Below are positions 22,021 to 32,090 of a stretch of DNA of 64,000 bases, piece after piece. The notes under the pieces are model-generated. The model searched no databases. It was not told where the DNA came from and worked only from the letters and a program-made list of their open reading frames with translations. The DNA comes from a virus (lineage: Duplodnaviria > Caudoviricetes). A program made the position numbers and the translations under genes. Within the stretch, counting starts at the first letter, position 1. The number at the start of each line of letters is the position of its first letter. The DNA is taken from the IMG/VR virus record IMGVR_UViG_3300032030_002018, one strand, 5' to 3'.

Positions 22021-24021
22021 TCACAGTTTTATGTCATCAAGACCTTTTATCATTTCATTTATCTCCTCATTTATGATGAAAGCCTTATCAATAATACCAA
22101 CCCTTTCATTCACAGGCTCATTATTTTTTGAAACCTTTTTCAAATATTTGTCCAACATCTCATTTATCAACGGCTTATTGAACCTGTATGACTCCATTGG
22201 TGAACCACCAGCGCCTTCAGGTCCACCTGGCGACTCCATTCCAGGTTCACCCATTTCACCTGTTGGTTCTTCTCCCTCAGCACCAGGAATGTCTCCCATA
22301 TCACCCATACCAGGCGCACCGAGGTCATCAAGTCCGCCTCCGAAGTCTCCTCCACCCATTGGACCACCTCCCATTGGTCCGCCAGGTCCGCCTTCTTCAC
22401 CTTGACCACCGCCTTGACCGTCCTGATATTCAGCACCGGGTTCTCCATATATCCTGTCAACAGTATCGAAGATACCTGTCCTGTTTATAATCTGAGTGGT
22501 CTTCTCCAATTCAGCAGACAATGCCTTTTCAAGCCTAATCTCTTCAAGATTATCCTTAATCTCTTTCTCTGACCATTTCATTATCTCCTTCAACGCCCTT
22601 GTCTGAGACATTATAGGAATACCATTACCTGGGTCTGAAACAGCGTCACGGGCTGTGGAAACTTTCTTCTGTATATTCTCAATCTCAATCTGTTCTGCAA
22701 GAGTTGAAGGATTATTCATTGTCAATGTGAAATTAGTCAGGTCATCAGTGAAACCAAGAATGTATAAGTGTATCGTGGCAATCTTTGTCAGTTCCATCAA
22801 AAATGCCTGTTGTATGCGATTAACAGTCCTTGTAAACCTTATATCCAACAATGACAAATTCTTACCTTCACCTGCTGATTCCTCAAAATTCAAAAATGGT
22901 TTTGGTATTCTCAAAGCAGTCAATACCTTGTTCTGAACATACTTTATATCATCCATAGCCGTCAAATTCTGAGCAGCAGACAACGTGTCAATAGGTGTAG
23001 GAGCATTCGGGTCACGAACAGGAATAAAGATATCATCAGATACTGACAATATATTTTTCCTTAAATCAACCTGTCCTGTCATAGGGTCAATAATCGGTGT
23101 CCTCTTGAAATTGTTTGCGATGTTCTCAACATAAGCCTGCACATCAGCGTCATCTATTGCGCCAACATATATCTTATATACCCTTCTTTCAATAGACCTT
23201 TCAAGCCTGTAAATCAACATCATATCTTCCATCAATGACAGCATTCTCCAGTGACGTCTGGCAGAGTTTAAAGCAGATACTCCATACGGCAAATACATTG
23301 AATTATTAAGAAGCCTGAAGTGTGCTACTTGCCAGTCTCTGAAAGGAACTTGTGAGTTGCTTTCGTCAAGCCATACGAATTTTGTTGTAAGGTCTTCTTG
23401 TCCTACATTATTGACAGCAAGTGACAAACCGCTTCCGTATGGATTTGTTATACCGTTTTCAAGTCTTTCAACATTGAATACCGGTAATTGTTTCCATCCT
23501 TTAACACCAAGTTTATTGTCAATGTCAAGAAGCATAAACTGATTACCATACTTGCACATCGCCCTGATGACCATTTGCGCCATTATCTGCATATTAAGCC
23601 TGTTGACGAAAAGGTCTTCAAGTATGCTTTTTATTCTGTTTGAATCGGAAGCCACATTTACAACCATACCGTTAGAACCAGCAAGAACACTCTCCTCTGA
23701 CAGTATATCCAATGCAGCACCTATCTCAGGGAATGAGTCCATAAGGTCCGCGTCCCTATACATAAGCTTAAGGTTATTAAGACCAGAGAACGCACTTACT
23801 GATAGGTCAACATTTGCCTTTATCCACCTTTCCTTAAGATATTCATTCTGTTGTAGTTCAAGTTTTGTCCTTTCGTAATCTTCCTTGTTTTTCGTCTTGT
23901 ATATCACGTTGGAAGCATTTGACATATCATATGAATTGATATGCGACCTTCCGTCATCAGCGTTCCAATTTCCGCTTAATGCTTTATCAAGACTTTGGAA
24001 AATAGTATATTTCTTAGCCAT
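22021..24021 (-). CDS. Portal protein (T4 gp20-like)
   Basis: LMEDMMLIYRLERSIERRVYKIYVG, DDIFIPVR, DIKYVQNK..TALRIP, DIRFTRTVNRIQ; adjacent to terminase; likely start MAKKY at 24021. Confidence 0.92.
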   Translation of the reverse strand: MAKKYTIFQSLDKALSGNWNADDGRSHINSYDMSNASNVIYKTKNKEDYERTKLELQQNEYLKERWIKANVDLSVSAFSGLNNLKLMYRDADLMDSFPEIGAALDILSEESVLAGSNGMVVNVASDSNRIKSILEDLFVNRLNMQIMAQMVIRAMCKYGNQFMLLDIDNKLGVKGWKQLPVFNVERLENGITNPYGSGLSLAVNNVGQEDLTTKFVWLDESNSQVPFRDWQVAHFRLLNNSMYLPYGVSALNSARRHWRMLSLMEDMMLIYRLERSIERRVYKIYVGAIDDADVQAYVENIANNFKRTPIIDPMTGQVDLRKNILSVSDDIFIPVRDPNAPTPIDTLSAAQNLTAMDDIKYVQNKVLTALRIPKPFLNFEESAGEGKNLSLLDIRFTRTVNRIQQAFLMELTKIATIHLYILGFTDDLTNFTLTMNNPSTLAEQIEIENIQKKVSTARDAVSDPGNGIPIMSQTRALKEIMKWSEKEIKDNLEEIRLEKALSAELEKTTQIINRTGIFDTVDRIYGEPGAEYQDGQGGGQGEEGGPGGPMGGGPMGGGDFGGGLDDLGAPGMGDMGDIPGAEGEEPTGEMGEPGMESPGGPEGAGGSPMESYRFNKPLINEMLDKYLKKVSKNNEPVNERVGIIDKAFIINEEINEMIKGLDDIKL

Positions 24022-24038
24022 TATTAGATGATAGTTTT

Positions 24039-25916
24039 TTATCTTGTATGTCCAAAAAGCCACAAATAGTTTCCTTGGACAGCTTTATTTCCGTATTTGT
24101 TCAACACACTTTCAGTATAAAAAGGAAGACCGTTTGACGGTAATATTCCTGTACTGTTCTTCCTCGTTGACACACTCATCGCCCCAGCCATCAAATATGA
24201 ATTTAGAATTGCCTTGTCTTTCTCTTTGGCTGCAAGTATCTTGTTTACAGAGAACTGCATAACAAACATAGCCATCGCCAATGCGCAAATCAAATCATCC
24301 CAAGCACCGGCTTGATGGTCAATCTTTCCTGTATTTTCCTTGAATATCCAAGTATTCAATTCATTTATAACTCTTGACGAGCGTATTTTAATTTCATTGT
24401 TTCTAACCATATTGGCAAAATTGCTCAATACTGGATATCTATTTCCTTGGAAGTGAAATCCTGGTAAAGAATCTGTCAAATCGCCACTATACTGCTTCGA
24501 AGGGTGCATAAGCATATACGTTTTCTGTACAGCGTCCTCATAGTAGAAATTCTTATATCCAAGACTTATCATTGTCAATATGGCTGCGTCAGCCTGTCCT
24601 CCAGTTGCATCGAATATCACATAAGCCTCATTGTACATTTTTGCATAATTGTACACTATAGCACCAACATCGTCTCCAAGTTTTTTACCATTATATTCAC
24701 AAACCTGTTCAATAATTGGTTTGCCATCTTCGTCAACACCATCAATATCAATTACTTCTATGGCAGTCTTATCGTGAGCAGTTCCACGCGCTGGGTCACA
24801 TCCGATTAGATACCTATGTCCGTCAATTGGCGGCTTCCAAAACCAGGTTTCTTTAACCATTGGGTCAATCAATGTTTCAAGAGGTTCTCTGACATTTAGT
24901 TTTTCCTGCATTTCTATGAACTGTGGTGCGACAACGTTATCAGCAGAACCTTGGAAACTTACATCAAGTTCCTGTGCGATTTTCATTGAGTCGTTGTTGA
25001 AAGACAGACACATTTCCTCATACCATCCTGATGTCGGTATCCATCCATTCCTTTCAAGGCTCTTCCATCTTTCCTCATTGTATTCTACTGATTGGTCTTC
25101 CTCGTTTACAATTTTGTCAGCATCCCAAATCTTATCACCCTTTTCATCAAACTTATACCACCTTAATCCTTTGTTATATCTTGGGTCTTGATACCATCTG
25201 AACTGTACCGCGATAAAGTTATTCTCGTGTGCAACAGCTTGTCTATATGTCTCATAGTAAAGTTCGTCGTGACCATTAGGAGTACTTACCATTATAATCT
25301 TCGCATTTGGATTTGAAGATGTTGTCGCAACGGCTGATGCATATACTGACTTACCGTTCTCAATGAACGCTGCCTCGTCGAATATAAGTATTGATGCTGC
25401 TGATATACCTCTGGCTGCATTTGCGCCTGATGAACGCGCAACTATTCTGCATCCGTTAAACAATTCAAGTTCATTCTTACTGTTCTTTACAAATATATCC
25501 TTTTTGTTCTTCGGGTCTTTTGGGTTTTCAGAGAAATATTCTTCACCCCAATACCATCTTGGAACTTGTAAGAGGAAATCCCTTATCTTGTCCACAAGCT
25601 GCTGTGATATGTCAAGTTTGTTTCCAATACAAAGAATCGTCTCTGGCGAGTCAGGAGACGCAAATACACATTGTCCGCATATCCATCCTGATGATAAAGT
25701 GGTAATACCACACTGTCTTGGCTTGATGCTCACCACATTCTTATTTTCAGACAGTGTTTGAAGAAAAATCTTCTGCCTTGGGAACAATTTAAACTGTACC
25801 TTTTTTCCTGATGTAGCATCAAGTGTGCTTAAGTATTTCTCTATGAAATATATCCTTGATTTATCCTTATATCCAATGGCATATTCTTTTGCCATTTCAT
25901 TATAATCATATATCAT
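24039..25916 (-). CDS. terL: Terminase large subunit (T4 gp17-like)
   Basis: KPRQCGITT Walker A variant, LIFDEAAF Walker B, VSTPNG, GCDPARG and WDDL nuclease aspartates. Confidence 0.93.
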   Translation of the reverse strand: MIYDYNEMAKEYAIGYKDKSRIYFIEKYLSTLDATSGKKVQFKLFPRQKIFLQTLSENKNVVSIKPRQCGITTLSSGWICGQCVFASPDSPETILCIGNKLDISQQLVDKIRDFLLQVPRWYWGEEYFSENPKDPKNKKDIFVKNSKNELELFNGCRIVARSSGANAARGISAASILIFDEAAFIENGKSVYASAVATTSSNPNAKIIMVSTPNGHDELYYETYRQAVAHENNFIAVQFRWYQDPRYNKGLRWYKFDEKGDKIWDADKIVNEEDQSVEYNEERWKSLERNGWIPTSGWYEEMCLSFNNDSMKIAQELDVSFQGSADNVVAPQFIEMQEKLNVREPLETLIDPMVKETWFWKPPIDGHRYLIGCDPARGTAHDKTAIEVIDIDGVDEDGKPIIEQVCEYNGKKLGDDVGAIVYNYAKMYNEAYVIFDATGGQADAAILTMISLGYKNFYYEDAVQKTYMLMHPSKQYSGDLTDSLPGFHFQGNRYPVLSNFANMVRNNEIKIRSSRVINELNTWIFKENTGKIDHQAGAWDDLICALAMAMFVMQFSVNKILAAKEKDKAILNSYLMAGAMSVSTRKNSTGILPSNGLPFYTESVLNKYGNKAVQGNYLWLFGHTR

Positions 25917-27070
25917 CAGACTTTTCTTTTAAAATTTAACGAATTATCGTCATTAATCAAGGAAAGATTCACGTTTTTCTGTTTCATTCTATCCTTGAAC
26001 ATTTGATATTCGTTATTATCCTCGACCTTTTGTATTTCCTTATATATAAATGCTTTTCCCCTTTTTGTCCCAGCAAGCATATTTTGCATTGCATTATTGA
26101 ATTCGTCATATTCCATTGAACACATATCAGAGAAAAGATATGGCAAAACGTTTGTTTTTATCGTATCAACATTTGACATAATCTTTTTCCACATTGGTAT
26201 TCCAATCCTTATATCCCAAGGTTCAGCCATAACAAAATCAGCCTTTTTTATTACATACATTGCGCTTTTATTATCCTTTGGCAATCCGTGTGAAGAGAAT
26301 AATTCAAAGAATCCTCTTAATGTTTCCTGTATGAGATATGGAAACAATATGGCTGACGACTTTATTGTAGTTTTCTGTTCCCCGTGCCCAAGCCTAACTT
26401 CAACAAAACCATTTTGAGGTGCGAAATCATTTGTCATTTTAACCTTTGAGTTGAATAAAAGAAAATCTTCCAATACTGATATCTCACGATATATCTCAAT
26501 CAGTTCCGAACAATCACCAATATTATTTGATAACTCTAATTCTATTGCGTGCCAATATCTTGACAAATCTATTGAAGCACCCATAATAAGGGCATTTATA
26601 ACCCTTCTTTTCTTTACTTCCTTATTTAATGACTTAATCTCATCTATATCGTTGAAATCAAAACCTCCTGATGATATGATATTTTCAGGAGTTATTCTCA
26701 TCATCATATCTTTGTTGATTTTGTCAACTATATGGCATTCCAACAAAACAGTATCAGGTGGAACACCAAGCATTTTGTTGCATATATTGAAGCATATTGT
26801 TTCAAGTCTTTCTGATATAGGGGCTTCAAACTCCTTTGCTCTTAATATCAACTCACTTAATCTATTAAGAGCAAATTCGTTGTTTACTGATGAAGTATAA
26901 TCATATTCGTCCATATGGTCAATCACAGACTTATATCTGTTTTTGATTATTGTATATAAATATCCAAACTCATCATCTGGTGGAAAAGCATCGCAATCAC
27001 CAAGTGATGTGTTATTGTCTTTTATGGCTTGATATATGAATTTAGGTAATATGTACTTCTTGTCTTTCAT
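25916..27070 (-). CDS. Hypothetical head-cluster protein
   Basis: 384-aa helical ORF coupled to terL. Confidence 0.7.
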   Translation of the reverse strand: MKDKKYILPKFIYQAIKDNNTSLGDCDAFPPDDEFGYLYTIIKNRYKSVIDHMDEYDYTSSVNNEFALNRLSELILRAKEFEAPISERLETICFNICNKMLGVPPDTVLLECHIVDKINKDMMMRITPENIISSGGFDFNDIDEIKSLNKEVKKRRVINALIMGASIDLSRYWHAIELELSNNIGDCSELIEIYREISVLEDFLLFNSKVKMTNDFAPQNGFVEVRLGHGEQKTTIKSSAILFPYLIQETLRGFFELFSSHGLPKDNKSAMYVIKKADFVMAEPWDIRIGIPMWKKIMSNVDTIKTNVLPYLFSDMCSMEYDEFNNAMQNMLAGTKRGKAFIYKEIQKVEDNNEYQMFKDRMKQKNVNLSLINDDNSLNFKRKV

Positions 27071-27074
27071 TTAT

Positions 27075-27485
27075 TTACTTCAATGATTTTAAAAACCTGT
27101 CAAATTGTTTCTTTGTGAATATCCTGTTTTCGTTTGTGTTTTCCTTATATCCGTGTATCCTGAGTTTTCCATTCATATATGCCCTTTTGTATGGATTGTT
27201 TCCAGAAGAATTAACTTCATCCTTCACCTTGTCAACCATTTGTTTTGCATTCTGTCCTGTTACGGTCAAATCAAGCTGTCCGTCATTATCGTTTGTGTTA
27301 TTGTTATAGTTCTCAGAATCAGCACCAAAGTTGTGCTTGCCAGGATTCTTTGACATAGCGTTGTTCAAATCACTTTGAAGTGTGTTTAAGTTACCTGATT
27401 TATTATCGCTGCCAACAGTTATTTCAGTACTTGTGTTGTCTTCCATCAACAAGTCAAGTTGTCTTTTCGTGAATACGTATTCCAT
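27075..27485 (-). CDS. Hypothetical protein with FTKxQ motifs at both ends
   Basis: VFTKRQLDLLME at N-terminus and NENRIFTKKQF at C-terminus; TATTTAT upstream. Confidence 0.7.
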   Translation of the reverse strand: MEYVFTKRQLDLLMEDNTSTEITVGSDNKSGNLNTLQSDLNNAMSKNPGKHNFGADSENYNNNTNDNDGQLDLTVTGQNAKQMVDKVKDEVNSSGNNPYKRAYMNGKLRIHGYKENTNENRIFTKKQFDRFLKSLK

Positions 27486-27572
27486 AATATTAATATTGTT
27501 TTACCACAATAAATATTCATAAAAACAAAAAAAAAGAAGGGATTTTGCATTTCCCTTCTTTCTTCTTTCTCT

Positions 27573-28145
27573 TTATCTGTGTGATACGAATGGATTGTCA
27601 ACTGACACACTGTCATTCTCAATATGTTTGTTGTGCCTCTTGGTTCCTCTCTCTTCCCTCGGCTTGTTATTGATTATTGAATCAACAATCTCATTCACAA
27701 CTCTGTTTATATTTCTCCTCCTTGACTCCATTTGAGGCTTTGGCTGATTTGGTTCTTCAGGTGGCATATCACCTTCAGGTTCTTCCATACCACCGTCATC
27801 AGGCATATCCTCATCGTCACCGTCAATCGCAGATTCAATCATACCGTCAATCCAATCCATAAACTCTTCGTCATATTTACCGGATTTATTGTATTTTCTG
27901 ATTTTATCCGTTAATTTGCCAACATCCTTCTGTATCCTGTTCTTTTCAGCATCGCCGTTATCGTTTGGCATATCCATACCCATATCAGGATTTCCCATAT
28001 CATCAGGTTCTCCCATATCAGGTCCTATTCCATCATCAGGTGGAGGCATCATACCAGGGTCTCCCATAGCATCCGGTCCTTCAGGCATACCACCTGGCGC
28101 TGGACCTAAATCATCCATTGGGGATGGTTTTCTTGGTACTTTCAA
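27573..28145 (-). CDS. Pro/Met/Asp/Gly-rich ORF, possibly a frameshift extension of 28150..29652
   Basis: TTG start only; frame opens inside the A10 run ending the upstream gene; C-terminal MESRRRNINRVVNEIV motif. Confidence 0.65.
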   Translation of the reverse strand: MKVPRKPSPMDDLGPAPGGMPEGPDAMGDPGMMPPPDDGIGPDMGEPDDMGNPDMGMDMPNDNGDAEKNRIQKDVGKLTDKIRKYNKSGKYDEEFMDWIDGMIESAIDGDDEDMPDDGGMEEPEGDMPPEEPNQPKPQMESRRRNINRVVNEIVDSIINNKPREERGTKRHNKHIENDSVSVDNPFVSHR

Positions 28146-28149
28146 TACC

Positions 28150-29652
28150 TTATGCTTTTTTTTTTAAGTTCCTGTTGATTGATTCAGCAATAGCATTAAC
28201 GATTGACTCTGGCTCAACTTCAAATGGTGCGCTACTTCCAATGTACTCACCGTAAGGCTTGTTGTTCCTTACGGAATCGTCGTTCATATCATAGTAACCA
28301 TCAAACTCCTCGTGTTCGTGAGAAGGAAGTGTCATAACCTTTTTCTGATATGCAGGATGCTTTCCGAACATATTGAGTGGGTTCATATTACCAGATGGTA
28401 CTCTTCCCTTATCAGAAAATCTCTTCATACCACCCTCTTTAAGCATCATATTGCGATAATTCCTTGATTCATAAACCTCTTCTTCTTCATCGTCGTCAAA
28501 GTCCTCATCATAAAGGTCGTCATCCTCATAGGTGTCATAATCAGCATAATCAGCGTCACCGCCAACAGCTGCAAGAATATCATCAATCTTATCTTCAAGA
28601 GCATCAAGTCTTGAATTTACAGAATCATCATACTCTTCCTCATCGTCTTCGAAATCCTCTAAATCATCGTCAAAGTCTTCTACATCATCATCAAGTCCTT
28701 CAACGTCAGCGTCAATGTCGTCGTCTGTTTCAAGTTCATATTCTGTATCTCCATCGCCTTCCTCGACGTCTTCGCCATCTTCAATATCCTCGATAGATTC
28801 CTTTACCCACTTGATGTTCTTTCCATTCTTGTTTGTTCCTGGTGTTGGAGTATTCTGGTCATCTTCATCGTGCATTGAAACACCTTCTACCATACTTTCC
28901 TTCTGGTTTGAATCAGGGTCGTCGATTGTGAATGGGTCATCCTTTCCAACGTGTGTTCCGTGTGTTGTGTCAAGATAATCCTCATCATCATTCCAACCCA
29001 ATACATCCTCATTTACAGAAAGAGATTTCTTACTTGGTTTCTTGGTGAACACAGAATCCTTAGGTTTTCCGAATGGATGTCCTTCGTCCTTTATATTGGT
29101 CTTCTGTGTGTCTTTTGCTGCCTTATCAACCTTTGTTGTCTTGCATCCTTCGCCAGAACACTCTGAGAAGCCATTTCCACATTCTGCAACACCACACTCG
29201 CTTACGCCTTTCTTCTCCATAATGAGTGAGGCGTTTTTCATAATCTGCCTTTCGCGTTGTATCTCCTTCTTCATTTTGTTAGTTGCCTCAACAGTGAGGA
29301 ACTCCTTTGCGTCAGGATTCCAGGAATCGATGTTAATCTTGTTCCTGCTTGCCTCATTGATTGACATCATCTTAAGGTCGAACTGCTTCTGTGCATTTGC
29401 AAAACTTGAAAACTCATTTCTCTTTCTGTTTGCAAAACCACCGATGTAATCGAAATTCTCAGCCAATTGGGATTTTGTTGTCGGTGAAACCTTTATGTAG
29501 TACTTAGTACCTTCACGGATTATACCATACAACTTTCCATCAGCTGCAACCTTGGAATACTCAACACTGTTGTAAGAACTGTTCTTACCCTCATCAAGAC
29601 CATACTTCATAAGGGATTTCATTCTATTTAACTGGTTTTTTACGTTGCTCAT
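28150..29652 (-). CDS. Acidic scaffold/prohead-core-like protein
   Basis: Long D/E tract, many (I/L/V)xE sites, in head cluster. Confidence 0.6.
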   Translation of the reverse strand: MSNVKNQLNRMKSLMKYGLDEGKNSSYNSVEYSKVAADGKLYGIIREGTKYYIKVSPTTKSQLAENFDYIGGFANRKRNEFSSFANAQKQFDLKMMSINEASRNKINIDSWNPDAKEFLTVEATNKMKKEIQRERQIMKNASLIMEKKGVSECGVAECGNGFSECSGEGCKTTKVDKAAKDTQKTNIKDEGHPFGKPKDSVFTKKPSKKSLSVNEDVLGWNDDEDYLDTTHGTHVGKDDPFTIDDPDSNQKESMVEGVSMHDEDDQNTPTPGTNKNGKNIKWVKESIEDIEDGEDVEEGDGDTEYELETDDDIDADVEGLDDDVEDFDDDLEDFEDDEEEYDDSVNSRLDALEDKIDDILAAVGGDADYADYDTYEDDDLYDEDFDDDEEEEVYESRNYRNMMLKEGGMKRFSDKGRVPSGNMNPLNMFGKHPAYQKKVMTLPSHEHEEFDGYYDMNDDSVRNNKPYGEYIGSSAPFEVEPESIVNAIAESINRNLKKKA

Positions 29653-29800
29653 AATCTAACACTTTGACTTATTATGCAAAATATATTAAATATCAACACA
29701 ATAAAGCCGTTTTTTTAATACATTATTTTTTAATATAAATATAGTTTTAATAAGAAAAAATTTCTTTTTTATAAAAAAAATTATTTTTCTTTGAAAAAAA

Positions 29801-31057
29801 TCAATAACTTGTCTGACTATTATTATCGTGACCACCAGTATCAAACTGTGGTTGGAACATACGTTTGGTGAATTTATCATACGCCCTGATATAAATAGTC
29901 CTTCCTATTTTCTCAGGGTATTGTGAGTATTCAAGACATATACAGTATATATTTCCCATAAGTCTTGTAAGTTCGTTTATCACATAAACCTTGTATGTCT
30001 TTCCGTTCTCCATACTTGTCATAAACTCACCGTAAGTCAATATGAAATTCTTTAATTTTTCTCTTTCTTGTTTCCATCGTTTAGCATATGGATTATGTTT
30101 TGCGTTACCATCGGCAACCACCTCCTCAAAAAGGGGAATATTAATATCATAACCCTCCTCAATAGAGTTAACCTTATCATAAGCATCATTTATCAAATTC
30201 CATACTTTATCGAAATATCCAGACCTTCTTATGACTTTGTATATCACATTCCAAACACCACTTTCACCATACTTCTCCAAAGACTTGGTTCTCTCTTTTT
30301 TAAGTTTATCTATTATACCCTGTGCTGTGTCCATAATCTCCTCTGATATATGACTGTCATCATTTGATTTTAATTCATCAATCATATCGTCAATATCAGT
30401 CATTATGTCAGCAGCTTTCTTTTTGATATAATATTTTGAAAGGGAAATCTCCATCACATCATCAGAATCTGGTTCCTTGACCCATTCATTTTTTTCAAGG
30501 TCATATACACCGTTTGATTGTACTGAATCATTTATGTCCTCAACATAAATCTCAACAGGAAAACCAAATATCTTAAGGTTATCGTGGTCATTATTCCAAT
30601 CGTTTTTCTTTGAATTGTAATACTTCCTTACAAAATCCTCTCGTTCATCAACCTCGCTGAAATCAACAACTATATGCAAATCAATATCAGACTTATCAGA
30701 CCAATTGAAATTGCATATTGAACCAGTTAATAAAACTCCATCCATATCAACCCAATTAGTGTCCGCATATTTCCAAAAATCATCAGCAATATCCAATAAT
30801 TTCAACCTAACCCTTGAATTCAAATCCATACCATCCCAAATCTTGTCAACAAGTCCGCTTTTCTTAGAAAACGATGAAAGACTTATATCAGCAGGACTGA
30901 CTTCAAGTTCGGCATTCTCATTGGTTATGTGCATATAGTCGTTAGCTGAGCCTTCAGTTCCTATCTCATACTCATCAAGCTCAGCGAAACAAGTGTTTTT
31001 GTCCTTAAGTTTACGTACATTCTCCTCGCTAAAAATAACGACCTTCCTATTCATCAA
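29801..31057 (-). CDS. Pol-beta superfamily nucleotidyltransferase
   Basis: LTGSICNFNW...SDIDLHIVVD (GS-x-DxD) and PVEIYVED. Confidence 0.75.
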   Translation of the reverse strand: MMNRKVVIFSEENVRKLKDKNTCFAELDEYEIGTEGSANDYMHITNENAELEVSPADISLSSFSKKSGLVDKIWDGMDLNSRVRLKLLDIADDFWKYADTNWVDMDGVLLTGSICNFNWSDKSDIDLHIVVDFSEVDEREDFVRKYYNSKKNDWNNDHDNLKIFGFPVEIYVEDINDSVQSNGVYDLEKNEWVKEPDSDDVMEISLSKYYIKKKAADIMTDIDDMIDELKSNDDSHISEEIMDTAQGIIDKLKKERTKSLEKYGESGVWNVIYKVIRRSGYFDKVWNLINDAYDKVNSIEEGYDINIPLFEEVVADGNAKHNPYAKRWKQEREKLKNFILTYGEFMTSMENGKTYKVYVINELTRLMGNIYCICLEYSQYPEKIGRTIYIRAYDKFTKRMFQPQFDTGGHDNNSQTSY

Positions 31058-31063
31058 TCTTAA

Positions 31064-31324
31064 TTAGTTTTCAGTTTTCTCACTATTAACATCGTCATCA
31101 TCAATAATATCACCGCTTACCCTTTCCTTATCGCATACAGGAATAAGCAAATCATCAGTCTTAGGATAATCCTCAGATACGAATGATTCAAAAGGATAAT
31201 TAGTGTATGTTATACCAGATTTGGCTGTCTTTTCTCCATCAAACTGTGTGTTGCACTGAATTGCAGTGGATACAAACTGCTCACAAGTATCGTATCCGTA
31301 ACCCTCATAATTAATATCAATCAT
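31064..31324 (-). CDS. Hypothetical protein
   Basis: 86-aa ORF with TATTTAT upstream. Confidence 0.6.
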   Translation of the reverse strand: MIDINYEGYGYDTCEQFVSTAIQCNTQFDGEKTAKSGITYTNYPFESFVSEDYPKTDDLLIPVCDKERVSGDIIDDDDVNSEKTEN

Positions 31325-31391
31325 AATTTTTTAAGTTTTTTTAATATAAATAGTCTATAAATACTATTTATATGAAAACTTTTGAAAAATT

Positions 31392-32090
31392 ATGAAATCA
31401 CGAAAGAAAATATTTATCACAGAAGGTCAATTAAATAAATTACTTCTCATTAAAGAAGGTATTAACAATCAAGATAAATATAGATGGAACTACAATCGTT
31501 GGAGAGTTTCAGGCAGTGGAAATTTTATAACATTAAAGGACAATCGTCAATCAAATGCAACGAATGTGCTTAATGGAAAACCATATGGCTCATTTATGGA
31601 AGCAAAATATGAATTCGAACAAAACGAGAATTCAGAGACCTTCCATAATTATGTATCATCGGCAAAGATATTGTTGAATAGCTGGAAGGGCATAATAAAC
31701 GCTGTAACAGTGAAGGCTGAAGATAGAAAAATCACATCAATACTTGAACCTAGCGCAGAATTTGGATACGCAGACGATTACTTCGGTATGATGTGCAGGT
31801 TTTATTATTGTCCGGAAGTTTTGGAAATGGCGTATTATTACGATGAATTTAAGGCAGAAAAACAGCTAATTGTAAATATGAATGCTGCGATAACACGATG
31901 CACACTAAACCATCCAGAATTCAAAGAATTATATCCAGAAGAACGACCAAAAGTAATGCAAATGATTAGAAACTTAAATTCAGGCGGTGAACCAACAACA
32001 ATACCAACGAAAGCAGAAATAGAAAAAAAACACTTGAATGAAATCCCAAAAAATAACTTGAATAATACTACAGTAGATTTGGATATATAA
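31392..32090 (+). CDS. Hypothetical protein with tag variant (KKIFITEGQLNKL..IKE)
   Basis: 232-aa ORF; TATTTAT at 31365. Confidence 0.7.
   Translation: MKSRKKIFITEGQLNKLLLIKEGINNQDKYRWNYNRWRVSGSGNFITLKDNRQSNATNVLNGKPYGSFMEAKYEFEQNENSETFHNYVSSAKILLNSWKGIINAVTVKAEDRKITSILEPSAEFGYADDYFGMMCRFYYCPEVLEMAYYYDEFKAEKQLIVNMNAAITRCTLNHPEFKELYPEERPKVMQMIRNLNSGGEPTTIPTKAEIEKKHLNEIPKNNLNNTTVDLDI

Noticed and set aside
25700-25730. Terminase Walker A lacking Lys (RQCGITT) as a sign of inactivity
   Set aside because: All other ATPase and nuclease motifs are intact, so it is treated as a family variant.
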